Positions 1-14,449 of a stretch of 64,000 nucleotides of DNA are shown one piece after another. Position 1 is the stretch's first letter. Every line of letters starts with the position of its first letter. Source of the DNA: Octopus sinensis (lineage: Eukaryota); the NCBI RefSeq assembly GCF_006345805.1, contig NC_043008.1:46934001-46998000 (forward strand), written 5' to 3'. The notes under the pieces are model-generated. The model saw only the letters and a list, made by a program, of their open reading frames with translations, had not been told where the DNA came from and searched no databases. Position numbers and translations under genes: made by a program.

Positions 1-4
1 CCAT

Positions 5-125
5 GTTGACTTTTCCTTTCATCCTTTCGGAGTCAATAAAATAAATACCAGTTGAGAATTAGGGCCGATATAATTCGCGAACCCCTTACCCTGAAGTTGC
101 TAGCCTTGTTCTAAACTCTGAATCC
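5..125 (+). mobile_element. SINE fragment (central/3' part, family 1)
   Basis: TTGACTTTTCCTTTCATCCTTTCGGAGTCAATAAAATAAATACCAG matches the same segment in the copies at 50077, 60549 and 28396 (rc). Confidence 0.6.
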
Positions 126-757
126 CATATTTTTTTCTGTGGAGATTTCCTTTTTAATTCATTCGTGCCTTTCAATCTGGTTGGCACTTGTCAAAAATTA
201 CGATACAAGGAGGCCAAAATCCGTTATGGAAGCAAAACCATCTCAATTTTGAGAACAAATTTAAAATCTCCCATATAGTTTTAAATTTCCTCGTAAGATA
301 TAAATATATTTATAAAGATATTAATATCGTATTTCTAATGATTATTTTCGCCAAAAAAAGGGAAATAGTTTACTGTAGGGTCATATGCATTTTAAGAAGG
401 GAAAACAGCTACCCTCGACACCTCAGACCATTACACAAAGCTTGGTAAAAGACTATTGACAGAAGGCTTAACCTTACTTTTTAGTAGACGAAGAAACCTA
501 AAACTGTAATGGTCAAATTCAGACGATAAAACCTGTATAAACATAAGTTGATCATTTTAAACAAGACAGAAGCTCTAAACTGGTTCACATAATAAATAGG
601 ACGCGGAAATAGCCTGAAATCGTTCATACAAAAAATCAGAGAGATTTATTGCTCCAAATGATCTGTATTCGTCTCGTAGGCAGATAAAAGAAAACATTAA
701 TATAAATGTTTAAATAAAATCACAGTCGTATTTTCCATACAGTATAAACACGTATAT

Positions 758-763
758 ATGCAT

Positions 764-814
<51 letters not shown>

Positions 815-910
815 CATGCATACATACATACATACATATATATATATTTTATATTTATATGTGTTTCTATTCATACATACATGCATATATACGTACATAC
901 ATATATGGAG
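758..910. repeat. (TA)n/(TACA)n microsatellite
   Basis: Direct inspection. Confidence 0.9.
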
Positions 911-1892
911 AGGGGTCTGTGTGTATATGTACATACATATTTATATGTATAATAATATATGCATTTGCGTCTGCCTTTATACAGATAAACACACACGCAT
1001 GAAAAAGTATTTTCGTTTCATCGAAGACATGACTGTGTTTGAGGTTGAATTTCTTTATTTTTATCAGTTTTTTTACCGTTTCTTTGAAACAGTAGATTTT
1101 TCTAAATTCGCAATCTAGTTCTTCAAAGCTTTCACTGCTTCATTTACAAGAAGTAAAATCTATTTCTTTTCTGTGCTCTTTCGTTATAAACTGGGCAAAA
1201 TATTGTAGGCTTTTCCAAGGAGACGAGATTATCTGTTAAGCGACCGCATCATCAGCCACGTGTAAGACTTTTTAATGCCTGTATTTTTTGCGCATTTATT
1301 ATTTCGGTATTGTGTTATGATATGAGTAAAGCTGCCGTAAAAAATATTGTTCTTTGGTATATTTTAACATGGATTTAGGAACTTTATGTTCCGAATTATC
1401 TACAAGAACCCTATACAAGTAAGATACATCGCACTGCATGAGTCGAACACAAATAAATGTCAATTTTTTTTTATCGGTTGACGGATACGAAAAACCCCGG
1501 TGTCCCGGGATGTCGTGCACCAAGGAACCGAACGTATTGAACATAATGTCGTCGTAAAAGTAGCGGTTATTCTCTTGATGTACACTACAGCAACGAACAC
1601 ATTTTTTTCAGAATATATACGTTGATATTCCTTCCAGGTGTCATGTTGTATCTGGGGTTACATATAAATATAATTTAAGATTCACCTAAAACTTTCCAGC
1701 AGAGTATAAATTATTTAACTGTACAAGCAAAAGACTGCCAATGATTTCTAAGTTCTGCCCTCATTAGACTTTCTGACAAAGAAGAACATAATAAAACTTC
1801 CAAATCACTATGAATCATTTTTTTCATTAGAAAAGGTAAATGTTAAATATGTGTGGGTGTTTATGACTGATGTTTATACAAATATAGAAGCA

Positions 1893-1932
<40 letters not shown>

Positions 1933-2397
1933 TTTATATATACAGTCTACTTAATCTTTCGCGCATTGGGGCAGATGCTATGACTTATGTAAGCTATTCT
2001 AACTGTAAATATGTTTTATATGGGCGTCTATTTTTTTTTCTTGTACGATGACTCCGACAAAGTAGCTTTTGCCAAAAGACACATGTTTTATTATATCAGT
2101 ATATTAACAAAAGTAATTAAGAAAAAAAACTACACGACTCAGATAAAATAACTAAGCAGTAAGTTAATTAATGTTCTCATTCTTTTAGTTAATGTTCTAC
2201 TCGAGACAGCTTCGCATGACATATTTGCCGGGAGGATAAATACTAGTCGCAGAACACAGTTGATACAATCGAATACAAACACAATTCTAACGCAAGCTAA
2301 TTACTCTGTGCATGTGTGTGTGTATGTGTGTGGGTATGTGTACACATAGATAGATAAGCACATATAAAGGGAGATAGAGGTTATATGCATGTGTGTG

Positions 2398-2448
<51 letters not shown>

Positions 2449-3583
2449 ATACATACATATATATATATACATATATGTAGAACATATATATATATATGCT
2501 TGTGTGTATATATGATTACATATACATACATTCATATATGTGTGTGTGTGTGTGTGCAGGACAAATTACATGAACATCTTCTTCTATCTTAATAAAATGT
2601 TAGTGAATGTTATAAACATTAGAAGTGTATCTGATAAATAGTAGCTAAACTATAAACCTTGAGTTTTTTCGAGGGAGATACCTGCTAATTTTTTTAAAGA
2701 GTATCCGGAGATATGATATTTTGCCGTAGTATGAGGCAAAATACAATTTCTAATGGTTCATGTTGTCAACAGTAAATTTACAATATTTAATGAATGTGTC
2801 CACGTAAAGGACAATCCAATTAATCCTGATTTTTGTTTGCTGTTAATATTCCAATTAAAGCCGCTAAACTTGATCAGACAGTTCAGGGAATTTTCCGCAA
2901 TAATAATGATGTTTGGTTGATTGTTGCTGTTTAGCCAGCGAGACATGTGTGAAGTTGTGTTTCCAATGTGAATATCCTATATTTTGCAGATAGAATCTAC
3001 CTAGATATATGTTATTTAGGAAGGAGTGTAAGGTGAAATGTTATTGCGATTCAGAAAGAGTAAGACTCAAACTCTCGTTCATGTCACCATTTCTGCCTGA
3101 CTTTTCATTACCTATGTTCATGGTGTTACCCATACGGGGGAGGTGAACTCATCCACATGAGTAGAATCTCGAGCAAAGCTGCGTGAGAATGTCTACTCTG
3201 GATGAATATGTACTACAACTGAACAACTATAAGCACATAAATGCAACGTCAAAGGACATTAGGACAATTGTGCCGCAGAAACGCGTGTCGGATTGAAATG
3301 TAATGGGAATATAAGGAAAATAAGTGCTGAAGATGCAAACTTTTCCAGGCTCTTTTTTTATGAGGTCTTCATTATATCCTCTGCATACTGTATAAGATAC
3401 AATGAAATGGACTTAGGATTTATCTATCGAGTAAATTGCCGAATAATAATATGTGTTCTTTGTCATCCGATATCGGTAGCTAGAAAAAGGCTTATATCAG
3501 ATTGCTAATATGACTCTCCTACCCGGATTCCAAATCCCTTTTCATTTACTACACACACAAACAGATAGGTATGTATATGAAGT

Positions 3584-3640
3584 TATTTAAAACTTGGTTA
3601 GTATTTAAAACTTGGTTAGTATTTAAAACTTGGATAGTAT
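3584..3640. repeat. 18-bp tandem repeat x3
   Basis: TATTTAAAACTTGGTTAG at 3584 and 3602; third unit at 3620 has one mismatch. Confidence 0.95.
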
Positions 3641-3974
3641 GCCAATTAAAGCACTTTCACTGTCTATGGCTACCTGATTTCCTCCAGAGTATCGATGTTA
3701 ATGTCACTCTGTATAATTCAGGAATTCCTCATTATTTGTCGAGTATGTAACAAATGAGAGAAACAGCCAATGGAATTCAAGAAATTCTCGTTTTTAATCA
3801 CAACGATCGTTTCGATCCAACTTGCGTCATCACGCGCGGGGAAATACTATACAACTGGTAATGGTGCATCTTTTAGTGTAGGTGTATCTCATCAGATAAC
3901 TTTTCAAAAGGTACCTCGTTCAATAAACTCGGTTTCGCTTCGTTCGGTTATATAGCATGTCTTTATTTGCCGGT

Positions 3975-4225
3975 AGGGGTTGCATATAGGCTTCGAGGTT
4001 TCGAATGTCACTCGAAACCACATGCGTGTATGTGCTTTTGTTTGTATGCACATGTGTCTTTCTATCTGTGTTTGACCCTCACCCCGGCTTGGTGTTGGTG
4101 TGCTTTTGTTAGATAGCGGTTCTGCAAAGAGGCCGACAGATTAAGAACCAGGGTTTAAAAACCAGGCACGTACAGGGGGCGATTAGTTGCACTAAGATTC
4201 TTAGAGGCGGTGCATGATGAATGAT
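3975..4225 (+). mobile_element. Degenerate SINE
   Basis: B-box-like GGTTTCGAATGTC, TG-rich spacer, and GGCGGTGC matching the start of the 3' motif of the LINEs in this window. Confidence 0.4.
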
Positions 4226-6099
4226 ACAAGGGATAACCACCGTTCCTATGTATGTGTGTGTGTATGTGTGTATGTGTATGTTTGTATCTTTCGAGTAACG
4301 CCACTGAGTTTTCTTTCGTCGATCTATTTTCAGCCATATGTGAAACAAATAAAAGTATATGCATAAGTTTGTTATAGCTATGAAAACATGGGTCCTACGA
4401 CGTATGGGGACACAATTGATGTGTAATCTGTCATGAAAATATGTGCGAGTCCGCCTGTTTTTGTCACAGTTTATTCACTTTGTCTACGAATGGCAGAGTT
4501 GCATGAAAGTCACCGAATCCATTTTGTATTTCTCTGCGTTTCTGAACATCTGCTATAGTAAATATAAAATCAATATTCATGTCACATGTTAGTCTTTTAA
4601 AACGGACAGATAGCAAGATAGGAGATTTTGAAATTACTTTCCTATGAAATGAAACTAAATGAAGCAATTATAATAAATAAATAAATTAGACATCTGTCAG
4701 ACATGTCACCGTTGTAATTGTGCGATGAAACATTGGTGAGAAACCATTCAGAAAATTTGATTGAGTTTGAGCTGCTAAACTTTATCCGAATGATTTTTGT
4801 ACGGTTCTTTGTTCGATTGTTTTTCAATCTTCTCGGCCTTTCATGAAATTGTCCATTTTTGTTGTGTTGGTCGTTTTCTCTTCAGAAAAGTCACTAAATC
4901 AAATATACATACGCATATTAGCTACACATGCACTCAACCACATACACACACACACAAATATAAGTACATGTGTTTTTTGCGTGCATATGTATAGGTATCC
5001 ATATGTTTGTGCATGTGTGTGTGAACATTTAACGATAGATCCATTTATCTGCTTGCTTCCTTTCTAGCTCTTACTCACCCCCTCTCCCTCCCTTAGTATA
5101 AGTACGTATGTATGAAAATGTGTGTGTATATATATATAATATTCATGCATTCATGCATCTATATTTGAACGCATGCATGCATATGTGTCTGTGCATCTAT
5201 GATGTTCGATCAATTTACCATGCAATATCACAATACCATAAATTTTACTCAACTTTCAGGATGAAGTACATTACTTAAATCTCTACCATCTAAATAGGTA
5301 TTTCATATTCAGGCGTGGCTCCATGTATGCATGTATGTGTATATAAATAGTCAATTCAATGATGTAATATAGTTATTGAGGATTAATAAATCCACAATTT
5401 TGCTGGTTTAATCTCCATCACACTAGAAAAAAATCTCCACGATGTCTTGTGGATTATTGTAATAGGTAAAATTAACCAGGTAAAAAGTTGAGGATGCATA
5501 GTTAATTTATATGTATCATACTCTAAGATTTAAATACACATATATTTTTTAGAAATAGGAAACACATGAAGCTACACATGTATCGATTTTAGCCCCTTGG
5601 TAATGCATTATTCAAATCCACTGTTAACTATTTATCTTTTTAAGCTGTATGGAGCACAATCTCCTCAGGTTTTTTTCTTTTTGTTTTAATATAATGAAGA
5701 TTATATATTCCTTGAAGGGACTCCATCAACTACTAAAATGATATTTCCTATACAGTGAGTGTATGTATTTGCTAAGATTATAATTCAAGTAATAAAAAAT
5801 AAAGATAAAATAAAATAGACATATATTTTACAATATATGAAAAATATGAATAAAAAAGTAAAAAATAATGGTATGTCTGTAAGGGAAAATAATTATGTAA
5901 TATAATACATTTTAAAATACCCAATAAATAATAAATAGACCGTTATAAGTGCATAATTTCCATTGACTTGCTATTAGATACTAGTAAATATTTATATATA
6001 CGAATTCATCCAACCATATCTAATCAAATTTATTCGTTTATATATGTATCTACTCAAATTTTCAAAATCAAGCCGTTAACAGATGCATCAAGTTATACG

Positions 6100-6132
<33 letters not shown>

Positions 6133-6140
6133 TATATAAT

Positions 6141-6282
6141 GACGGGTCAATACCCAACTGGAGGAGGTGTCCTCTTGGGGCTACAAGTTACAGTAGCATC
6201 CACCCTTATGGATTATCTATATTTAAGTGGCAAATATATTTCACGATGTCGTGTAGCCACTGTTATACCTCAGAGATTTATT
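6141..6282. repeat. ~140-bp non-TA island embedded in a (TA)n tract
   Basis: Complex sequence directly flanked on both sides by (TA)n; identity unknown. Confidence 0.45.
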
Positions 6283-6326
<44 letters not shown>

Positions 6327-7542
6327 TCTATACATTAAGCGTATTATTTTAACAGGAGCAAAAATAAAAACAGTAAGAGTGAAGAAACGTATATAGTGCG
6401 TGTGTTTATTTGGTAAGAAAATAACATCACGAATTGCTACAATATGTGTATGTGTGTGTCTGTGTGTTTGTAGAAAAGACCGCTTAGTGTATATAACGGT
6501 ATTTATATGTATATTTTTCTAATAATTGAATATATTACATTATAATAACTGAAATACAGTAATGTATTAACCTAAACAGATATATATCAATATATCTGGT
6601 TTTCTATTTTATAATAACTTTATGGAAATACTTAATGATTCTTAGAGGTCATTTGAAATTCAGATATTTACCAATATATTTAGCCATTAATTTTAAAATA
6701 CTATAATTTTTAAAAAAGTATGGTTAATATAGAAAGTATCGAATCTAATATTTAATAATGATTTAAGAATCCGTTAGCTATATTTCGAAAATAGATATTT
6801 AGGTGTATGTAGGCAGAGTAAAACTTTCTCAATCCTCTCATCCAATAATTGGCTTTTAGAGAATAGAATATTACAGCTTACTGTTGTACATAAGGCACAA
6901 ATTCTGTCTGGGGGATAATGAGGTTTTGTAAAGGTTGATATTTGCCATCTAATATTAAAACTAATATTGCTATCATTTAATCTCCAAATGAATTTGATAT
7001 GGCTTGAGTTATTGGGTTTGAATCGACTTCTAAAGATGCTCTATAGAAGTAACTGTTCCCTTCTGCTTCCAGGATAGCTTGCTGCAATAGATTCTTACGT
7101 CTGCAATTATTATTAAATTTAGATTAAATTTAAATTATTATTTAAACCTTACATTCAAAAACGTTATTAAGATTAACTTTGGAATTACCTAAAATATGGT
7201 TTATTGTCGGTTATCTCTTCTTGGGTGTTTATACAAAAATTATCAAATTTACTCTCGGCGGATACATTATGTATGCTTTTTCTTAGAGAAATATTAATTT
7301 GACGATTCTCGGAAAAATTATCTCATTTTGCATTATTAATAGAAGATATATATCTAAATGAATATCTAGTTACTGCAAAACCACATCTAATAAAGTTGTT
7401 CTTAATAATTTCACTATACTTATTACATGCGAAGTGCTAATTTATTAGTCTACGAATACATTTCATTCAATTTCTTTTTATTTGTTTTGCGAAAAGCACG
7501 ATTAGCCAAATAATATTTCCGTATACTTATTTTATATGCATG

Positions 7543-7573
<31 letters not shown>

Positions 7574-7717
7574 CTATATATATGTATGTGTATACATTTG
7601 TATATATATGTACATATATTTATATATCCACATGTTTTCAATTATTTTATCATATATATGTATATATATATATACATATAGATAGATGTCTCTCTCTCTC
7701 TCATATATATATATGCT

Positions 7718-7862
7718 ACAGACTTCTTTCAGTTTCCGCCTACCACATCAACTCGGTCGGCCCGAGGCAGTTGTAGAAGACACTTGCCGAAGGTGCCACG
7801 GAGCGGTACTGAACCCTGAACCGTGTCGTTAGGAAGCAAGTTTCTTACCACACAGCCACGCC
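7718..7862 (-). mobile_element. tRNA-derived SINE (family 2)
   Basis: rc has A box TGGCTGTGTGG, B box GGTTCAGTACC and 3' GGAAACTGAAAGAAG; homologous to 30748-30910. Confidence 0.85.
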
Positions 7863-8899
7863 AATATGGGTGACTTGAACGTATTAACTGCCATAGCACA
7901 TCTCTCTGCCATCAATAGGGTTTTAATACAGATTACAGCTAAGGAATCTTAAGCCCGTTGAAAATGCGAATTGATGCTTTATTATATCCGTATTCTATTA
8001 TGTAATAAAAAAACCTAAGCTTCTGTGAATTAAATAGACTATAACAAAGACTAAACAATGCTCTTATACGTTGACTTTTGTGTATGCAAATTTCAGTGAA
8101 TTATTTATAAGTAACACAATCTTTGTTCAGAGCTATTAGAGAATTTGTAAGATCTACGTTTCAAATATTCGCTTAAAACAATTGCATAGCTGAAGACTGG
8201 AAATCTTAATTCGCATTACGTATAGAGTGATTGTATCACGGGAATTTGATCCGAGGTATTTTCATCTCACTAAAAGCGCATTATCAGCTTCAAATCATTG
8301 TTAACTGCATTCAATGACCGTATTCGGCCATTAGTGAAGGAAATATTTCAGCACTTCGAACTAGAAACTCAGTATGATACCGAAAGCGCAATGCAAACTT
8401 GCGTTATTGTGTGGTTGCATAGCAAAACAGTTTCAATAAATTATTCAAGAATGTTTAATATTTCACCAGTTTAGCGTATTTCCTTTCGCTTAATGGCACA
8501 GATCTTTGAAAAGAGATGCTTTTGGTTTCCTATTTAAGAATGCTGGAAGAAATCTAAATTCTTGTGAAAGCTGAAACAGTGAGGGTAAACATTACTCACT
8601 CTTGAGAGAATCTATCAATTCTTTCAAATAAAGTACATTACCTGCAAATTAATATGTGACAACCAGAAACAATGTCATTTGGGAAGAATTTGAAAAATGT
8701 TCCGAGAACTGGGAAAAGGATATTACAGAAACAACGTTACACCTTCCTAACAACAGGCAGTCTAGACAAATATTCTATACGAGAAGACATCATTATGTAT
8801 TTTTGAAATATCTAAATTAGTGATTTTATTATACACACAGATAGATACTATTTCCTGAATTAGTCTTAAAATATGCAGAAATAATATAGTATCGCGAAA

Positions 8900-9296
8900 A
8901 CCAAGCTCCATAGTTTAGTTTCACAGCGGTTTGTTAAATGAAGGCGTCTCCGGATTTCTTTTGTAAGATTCAACATGGCTGAAATGGAGTTGGCGTCCGG
9001 AGTGTCTATGGTTGTGGTTATAAGGCAGAATTTGGTCACGGTTTTTGTTAAATGCTTTCTTGTTTCTTGATTTGTGTCAAAGAATTGAATACCATTTCTG
9101 AACCAAGCAGAGGTGTTACTACAGCAAATGGGTTTTGTGATGTTCGGGCAGACAGCAGGTTTGGCAGGATTATTTTTTTGGAGTGAAGATACGTAAGTGT
9201 GTCGTTCTAATGGAGGCTGTAGTAATAGTTAGCGGTAAGTTTCTTAATTGTAAATCTGCTTTCTGGAAGATAGGAGGAGTGGTAGTCACCGTGTCG
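8900..9296 (-). pseudogene. Possible decayed Gypsy-type gag fragment
   Basis: Minus frame ...KPICCSNTSAWFRNGIQFF...TKTVTKFCLITTTIDTPDANSISAML...KEIRRRL resembles the invertebrate Gypsy gag pattern LPPFW..P..WF...EAQF....TKF; judged by eye only. Confidence 0.4.
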
Positions 9297-9458
9297 ATAT
9301 ATATATATATATACACATATATATATATATATATATACATATATATATTATACACATATATATATATATATATATATATTATAATATATATACATATATA
9401 TATATATATACATATATATAACACATATATATATATATACATATATATATATGTGTGC

Positions 9459-9493
<35 letters not shown>

Positions 9494-9505
9494 CATATAT
9501 ATATA

Positions 9506-9546
<41 letters not shown>

Positions 9547-9562
9547 TATATATATATGTGCA

Positions 9563-9595
<33 letters not shown>

Positions 9596-9600
9596 GTGCA

Positions 9601-9642
<42 letters not shown>

Positions 9643-10186
9643 CGTATATATATACGTATATATATACATTATATATATATATATATACGTATATATATAT
9701 ACGTATATATACGTATATATATATATATACATATTATATACATATATACGTATATATATATACATATATACATATATATATGCATATGTATATATACATA
9801 TATATATAACATATATACCTATATATATACATATATACATATATATACATACCTATATATATACGTATATACATATATATATATACATACATATATATAT
9901 ATATACATATATATATATACATATATACCTATATATATACATATATACATATATATATACATATATACGTATATATATACATATATACGTATATATATAC
10001 ATATATACATATATATATACATATATAATATATATATGTATACATACCTATATATAACATATATACATATATATATACATATATATATACATATATACCT
10101 ATATATTACATATATACGTATATATACATATATACGTATATATATACATATATACATATTATATACATATATATATATATACATAC

Positions 10187-10217
<31 letters not shown>

Positions 10218-10265
10218 CATACCTATATATATATACATATATATATATACATATATATATATAAC

Positions 10266-10302
<37 letters not shown>

Positions 10303-10452
10303 ATATACATATATATATACACATATATATAATACATATATATATATACATATATATATATACATATATATATATACACATATATATATATACATATATA
10401 TATATATCACATATATATATACATACATATATATATACATATATATATATAC

Positions 10453-10484
<32 letters not shown>

Positions 10485-10600
10485 CATATATATATACTAC
10501 ATATATATATATATACATATATATATATACATGTATATATATATACATATATATATACATATAATATATATACATATATATATATATACATATATATATA
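9297..10600. repeat. 1.3-kb (TA)n/TACATA array
   Basis: Direct inspection. Confidence 0.95.
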
Positions 10601-11336
10601 CTTTGATACTTTGATAGGTTTCGGCCATTATTGGCCCAGGCCATGTCTAACTTAATAGCACCACCTGGTGAAGTCTTTCAAGTCAGAATTTGGGCACTAT
10701 GGCCCACTCAAGTAGAGAGTTATTGTTTACAGAGACATATCCGGGTGTAGGGGGTTTATCCAGGATTTCTTGAAGGAATCTGTCCAATGATTGTTGAACC
10801 CTATAGGGTCAGTTTCTGTTTTAATGTGTTTTGGTGTAATGTTAAAGAGAGCGGGGCCAATTGAGGTGAAATAATTGTGCCGTATTGTTGTTATGAGATG
10901 AGAGTGCGATTTTTGTTTTGGGCGGATGGCACGGGGCCCAAGCCTTGGATGTACCTTGAAGGTGATGCCAACATCATTTGGGCAATGCTGATGGAATATT
11001 TTCCACATCATGCAGATGATGTATCGCTCACGACGACGTTGGAGAGAATAGAGTTTTAGCTTTTCTAGTCGACCCCAATAGTCGAGGCCTGTCATGCCAT
11101 CTATCTTTTTTGTGATTGCCCTTTGAGGTGCTTCAACTTTTATGATACCTTGTATTGTGTAGGGAGACCACAGTGGACAACAGTATTCAAGGTGGGGTCG
11201 GGCAAAAGTGGAGAAGAGAAGAATAATGGTGTGGATATCTCTCGACTGGAAAGTTCTGAGAATCCAGGAACACATTCTGCGGGCCATGTCAACTTTGGTG
11301 TTTATATGAGTGGCCCAGCTTATGTTGTTGTCCACA
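10601..11336 (-). mobile_element. CR1-group LINE, family C, 5'-truncated
   Basis: ORF 10727-11341 gives the post-RT region (CSWILRTF, HLEYCCPLWSP, SLQRRRERY); 3' tail (TATCAAAG)n; TA arrays on both sides. Confidence 0.9.
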
Positions 11337-11339
11337 TAC

Positions 11340-11376
<37 letters not shown>

Positions 11377-11394
11377 GGCATATATATATACGTA

Positions 11395-11429
<35 letters not shown>

Positions 11430-11459
11430 TATATATACATATATATATATACACATATA

Positions 11460-12375
11460 TGATTGATTGATTGATTGATTTTAGTTTCAGCTTATGAGCT
11501 GTGGCCATGCTGGGGCACCGCCATTTGGTGTTGCTACTTGGTTTCACTTCATGGAGGCTTTCTGGCAACTGCTATTTGGTGCATGAGAGAGTTCGATGCA
11601 GCTGCCCTCATCTGCCCCTCCTGCCTTGAAGTTGGTTCATCTGGGACACCTGACAGGAAGAGATCCAGCTTCATTTTAAAGACATCTGTATCCACCCCAT
11701 GCAGGTCTCTCAGGTTCTTCGGGAGGATATTGAAGAGCTGTGGGCCTCGGAAGCCCAGGCTATCACAGAGTCTTGTCCTACATCTTGATGGCAGGTTTGG
11801 AGTCCTAGGCACCACGCAGTGGCGCCCAGTTCTGGCATTTGCGTAAATCTCGATGCCAAAGTTCAGGACACTTCCCTCCAGGATCTTCCAGATGTATATT
11901 ATGGCATATCTTTCCCGCCTACGCTCCAGGGAATATAATTTTAATCTCTTGAGTCTTTCCCAGTAGCTTACATTCTGCATAGAGGCTATCTTCTTTGTGT
12001 AGCTTCGTTGGATCGCCTCAAGTTCTGTGATCAACTTGACACTGGATGGTGACCATAGCTGAGAGCAATAGTCAAAGTGGCTTAGGACAAGTGTCTTCCA
12101 GAGGACCATCATAGTTTCTTGTTCTCTTGTTCTAAAGGTTCTAAGAATCCATCCAGCCAGCCGTCTACATTTCATTGTCAGTTTAGCAACATGTACATGA
12201 AAGGTCGCGTCATCACTCATGTGAATACCCAGGTCACGCACTGATTGTGCCTCTGGGATTGCAATCCCTCCGGGTCCAGTGTATTCATTGGGTATTGCAT
12301 TCAGTTTTGCATGCTGATAGTATAAAGCTTGAAACATTCCAGCATTGAACTGCATGCTATTCTTTTCAGCCCACT

Positions 12376-12377
<2 letters not shown>
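11460..12377 (-). mobile_element. CR1-group LINE, family A, 5'-truncated
   Basis: [11 protein letters not shown]...VRDLGI...SLERRRERY...[11 protein letters not shown] open to the stop; (AATC)n tail; very high identity to 32024-32945. Confidence 0.95.
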
Positions 12378-12411
<34 letters not shown>

Positions 12412-12584
12412 TATATATATATATATATATATATAGGCATATATATATACGTATATATATATACATATATATATATATACATATATGTATATATATAACA
12501 TATATATATATACTATATATATATATACATATATATATATACATATATAAATATACATATATATATATAGGCATATATATATAC

Positions 12585-12617
<33 letters not shown>

Positions 12618-12636
12618 CATATATGTATATATATAC

Positions 12637-12673
<37 letters not shown>

Positions 12674-12950
12674 CATATATAAATATACATATATATATAT
12701 AGGCATATATATACGTATATATATACATATACATATATATATATAGGCATATATATACATATAATATATATATATACATATATATAATATACATATATAT
12801 ATATCATATATATATATAACATATATATATAATATATATATAGATATATATATATATAATATACATATATATATATATATACCATATATATATATGTGCA
12901 TATATATATATACAATATATATATATATATATATTACGTATATATATACG

Positions 12951-12987
<37 letters not shown>

Positions 12988-13167
12988 GTATATATATACG
13001 TATATATATACGTATATATAATATATACATATATATATACATATATACGTATATATATATACATATATACATATATATATGCATATATAATATATATATA
13101 CATATATATATATATATACTATATATATATATACATATATTATATATATACATATATATATATATAT

Positions 13168-13202
<35 letters not shown>

Positions 13203-13240
13203 CATATATATATATTATATATATATATATATATACATAC

Positions 13241-13284
<44 letters not shown>

Positions 13285-13287
13285 ATA
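12378..13287. repeat. TA array with ~133-bp internal periodicity
   Basis: Marker TAGGCATATAT(AT)ACGT recurs near 12435, 12569 and 12701. Confidence 0.9.
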
Positions 13288-14019
13288 TGATTGATTGATT
13301 GATTCTAGTTTCAGCTCATGAGCTGTGGCCATGCTGGGGCACTGCCATTTGGTGTTGCTACTTGGTTTTACTTCACGAAAGCTTTTTAGCAACTGCCATT
13401 TGGTGCATGAGAGAGTTCGATGCAGCTGCCCTCATCTGCACCTCCTGCCGTGAAGTGGTTCATCTGGGACACCTGACAGGAAGAGATGCAGTTCCATTTT
13501 AAAGACATCTGCGCCACCCTATGCAGGTCTCTCCTGTTCTTCGGAGCATATTGAAGAGCTGTGGGCCTCGGAACCCAGGCTATCACAGAATCTTGTCCTA
13601 CATCTTGATGGCAAATTTGGAGTCCTAGGCACCACGCAGTGGCGCCTGTTCTGGCATTTGTTAACTCTCGATGCCAAAGTTCAGGGACACGTCCCTCCAG
13701 GATCTTCCATTCCAGATGTATTATGGCATATCTTTCCCGCCTACGCTCCAAGGAATATAGTTTTTAATGTCTTGAGTCTTTCCCAGTAGCTTACATTCTG
13801 CATAGGGCTATCTTCTTCGTGGTAGCTACGCTGGATCGCCACGAGCTCTGTGATCAAACTGACACTGGATGGTGACCATAACTGAGAGCAATAGTCAAAG
13901 TGGCTTAGGACAAGTGTCCTCCAGAGGACCATCATGGTTTCAGTTCTCTGTCCTATATGTTTCTGAGAATCCATCCGGCCAGTCGTCCTACATTTCATTG
14001 CCAATTTAGCAACATGTAC
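13288..14019 (-). mobile_element. CR1-group LINE, family A, indel-rich copy
   Basis: (AATC)n tail and same 3' UTR; RT C-terminus broken by frameshifts. Confidence 0.9.
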
Positions 14020-14449
14020 ACTATATTCACTATTAATATCCCTACTCTTTCTGTTAGCTACTTATGGACATTATATCATAAACGTTTTTTAAACAATATT
14101 AATAGCGTTCTGTCTATCGCTATAAGAATCCATCATTTTGCTAAAATGTCGTATGACAAGTTTCGTTTTTTCACTTTCCCGAAGAGAGATTGCATTGTTA
14201 TACCTTTATTCTTTTGAATAAGTATCAGTGGAATTTTTGATACATATGTAGAAAGTAAAAATTACTTGTTTAAAACTGCGTTAACTCCATTTTTTATTCA
14301 TATTGTTCAAATATTCAACGTAGCACGAAGTTTCAACCTTTATAAACAAGGAGTTACAACATCTTTACTTGTGAGGATATTTGCTTGCCCTGGTAACTAT
14401 CATACATTTATCCGTGTTAATTGTAACAAGGTAAAATACACCCATCTAT

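Noticed and set aside
1040-1680. Quasi-open minus frames (also 14020-14450 and 45100-45700)
   Set aside because: Several stops, no recognisable motif, and stop density not clearly below AT-rich background; a translated search could revisit this
2717-2743. 9-bp hairpin TATTTTGCC/GGCAAAATA
   Set aside because: Short, isolated and plausible by chance in AT-rich DNA
3584-3640. CRISPR-like array
   Set aside because: Contiguous units without spacers, in a eukaryotic context; no CRISPR anywhere in the window
10615-10650. LINE 3' hairpin + GAAAC as a hammerhead (also in families A and B)
   Set aside because: No CUGANGA upstream; better explained as the RT-recognition stem-loop
11549-13153. 534-aa ORF
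   Set aside because: Chance fusion of ~260 codons of TA array to a truncated LINE C-terminus
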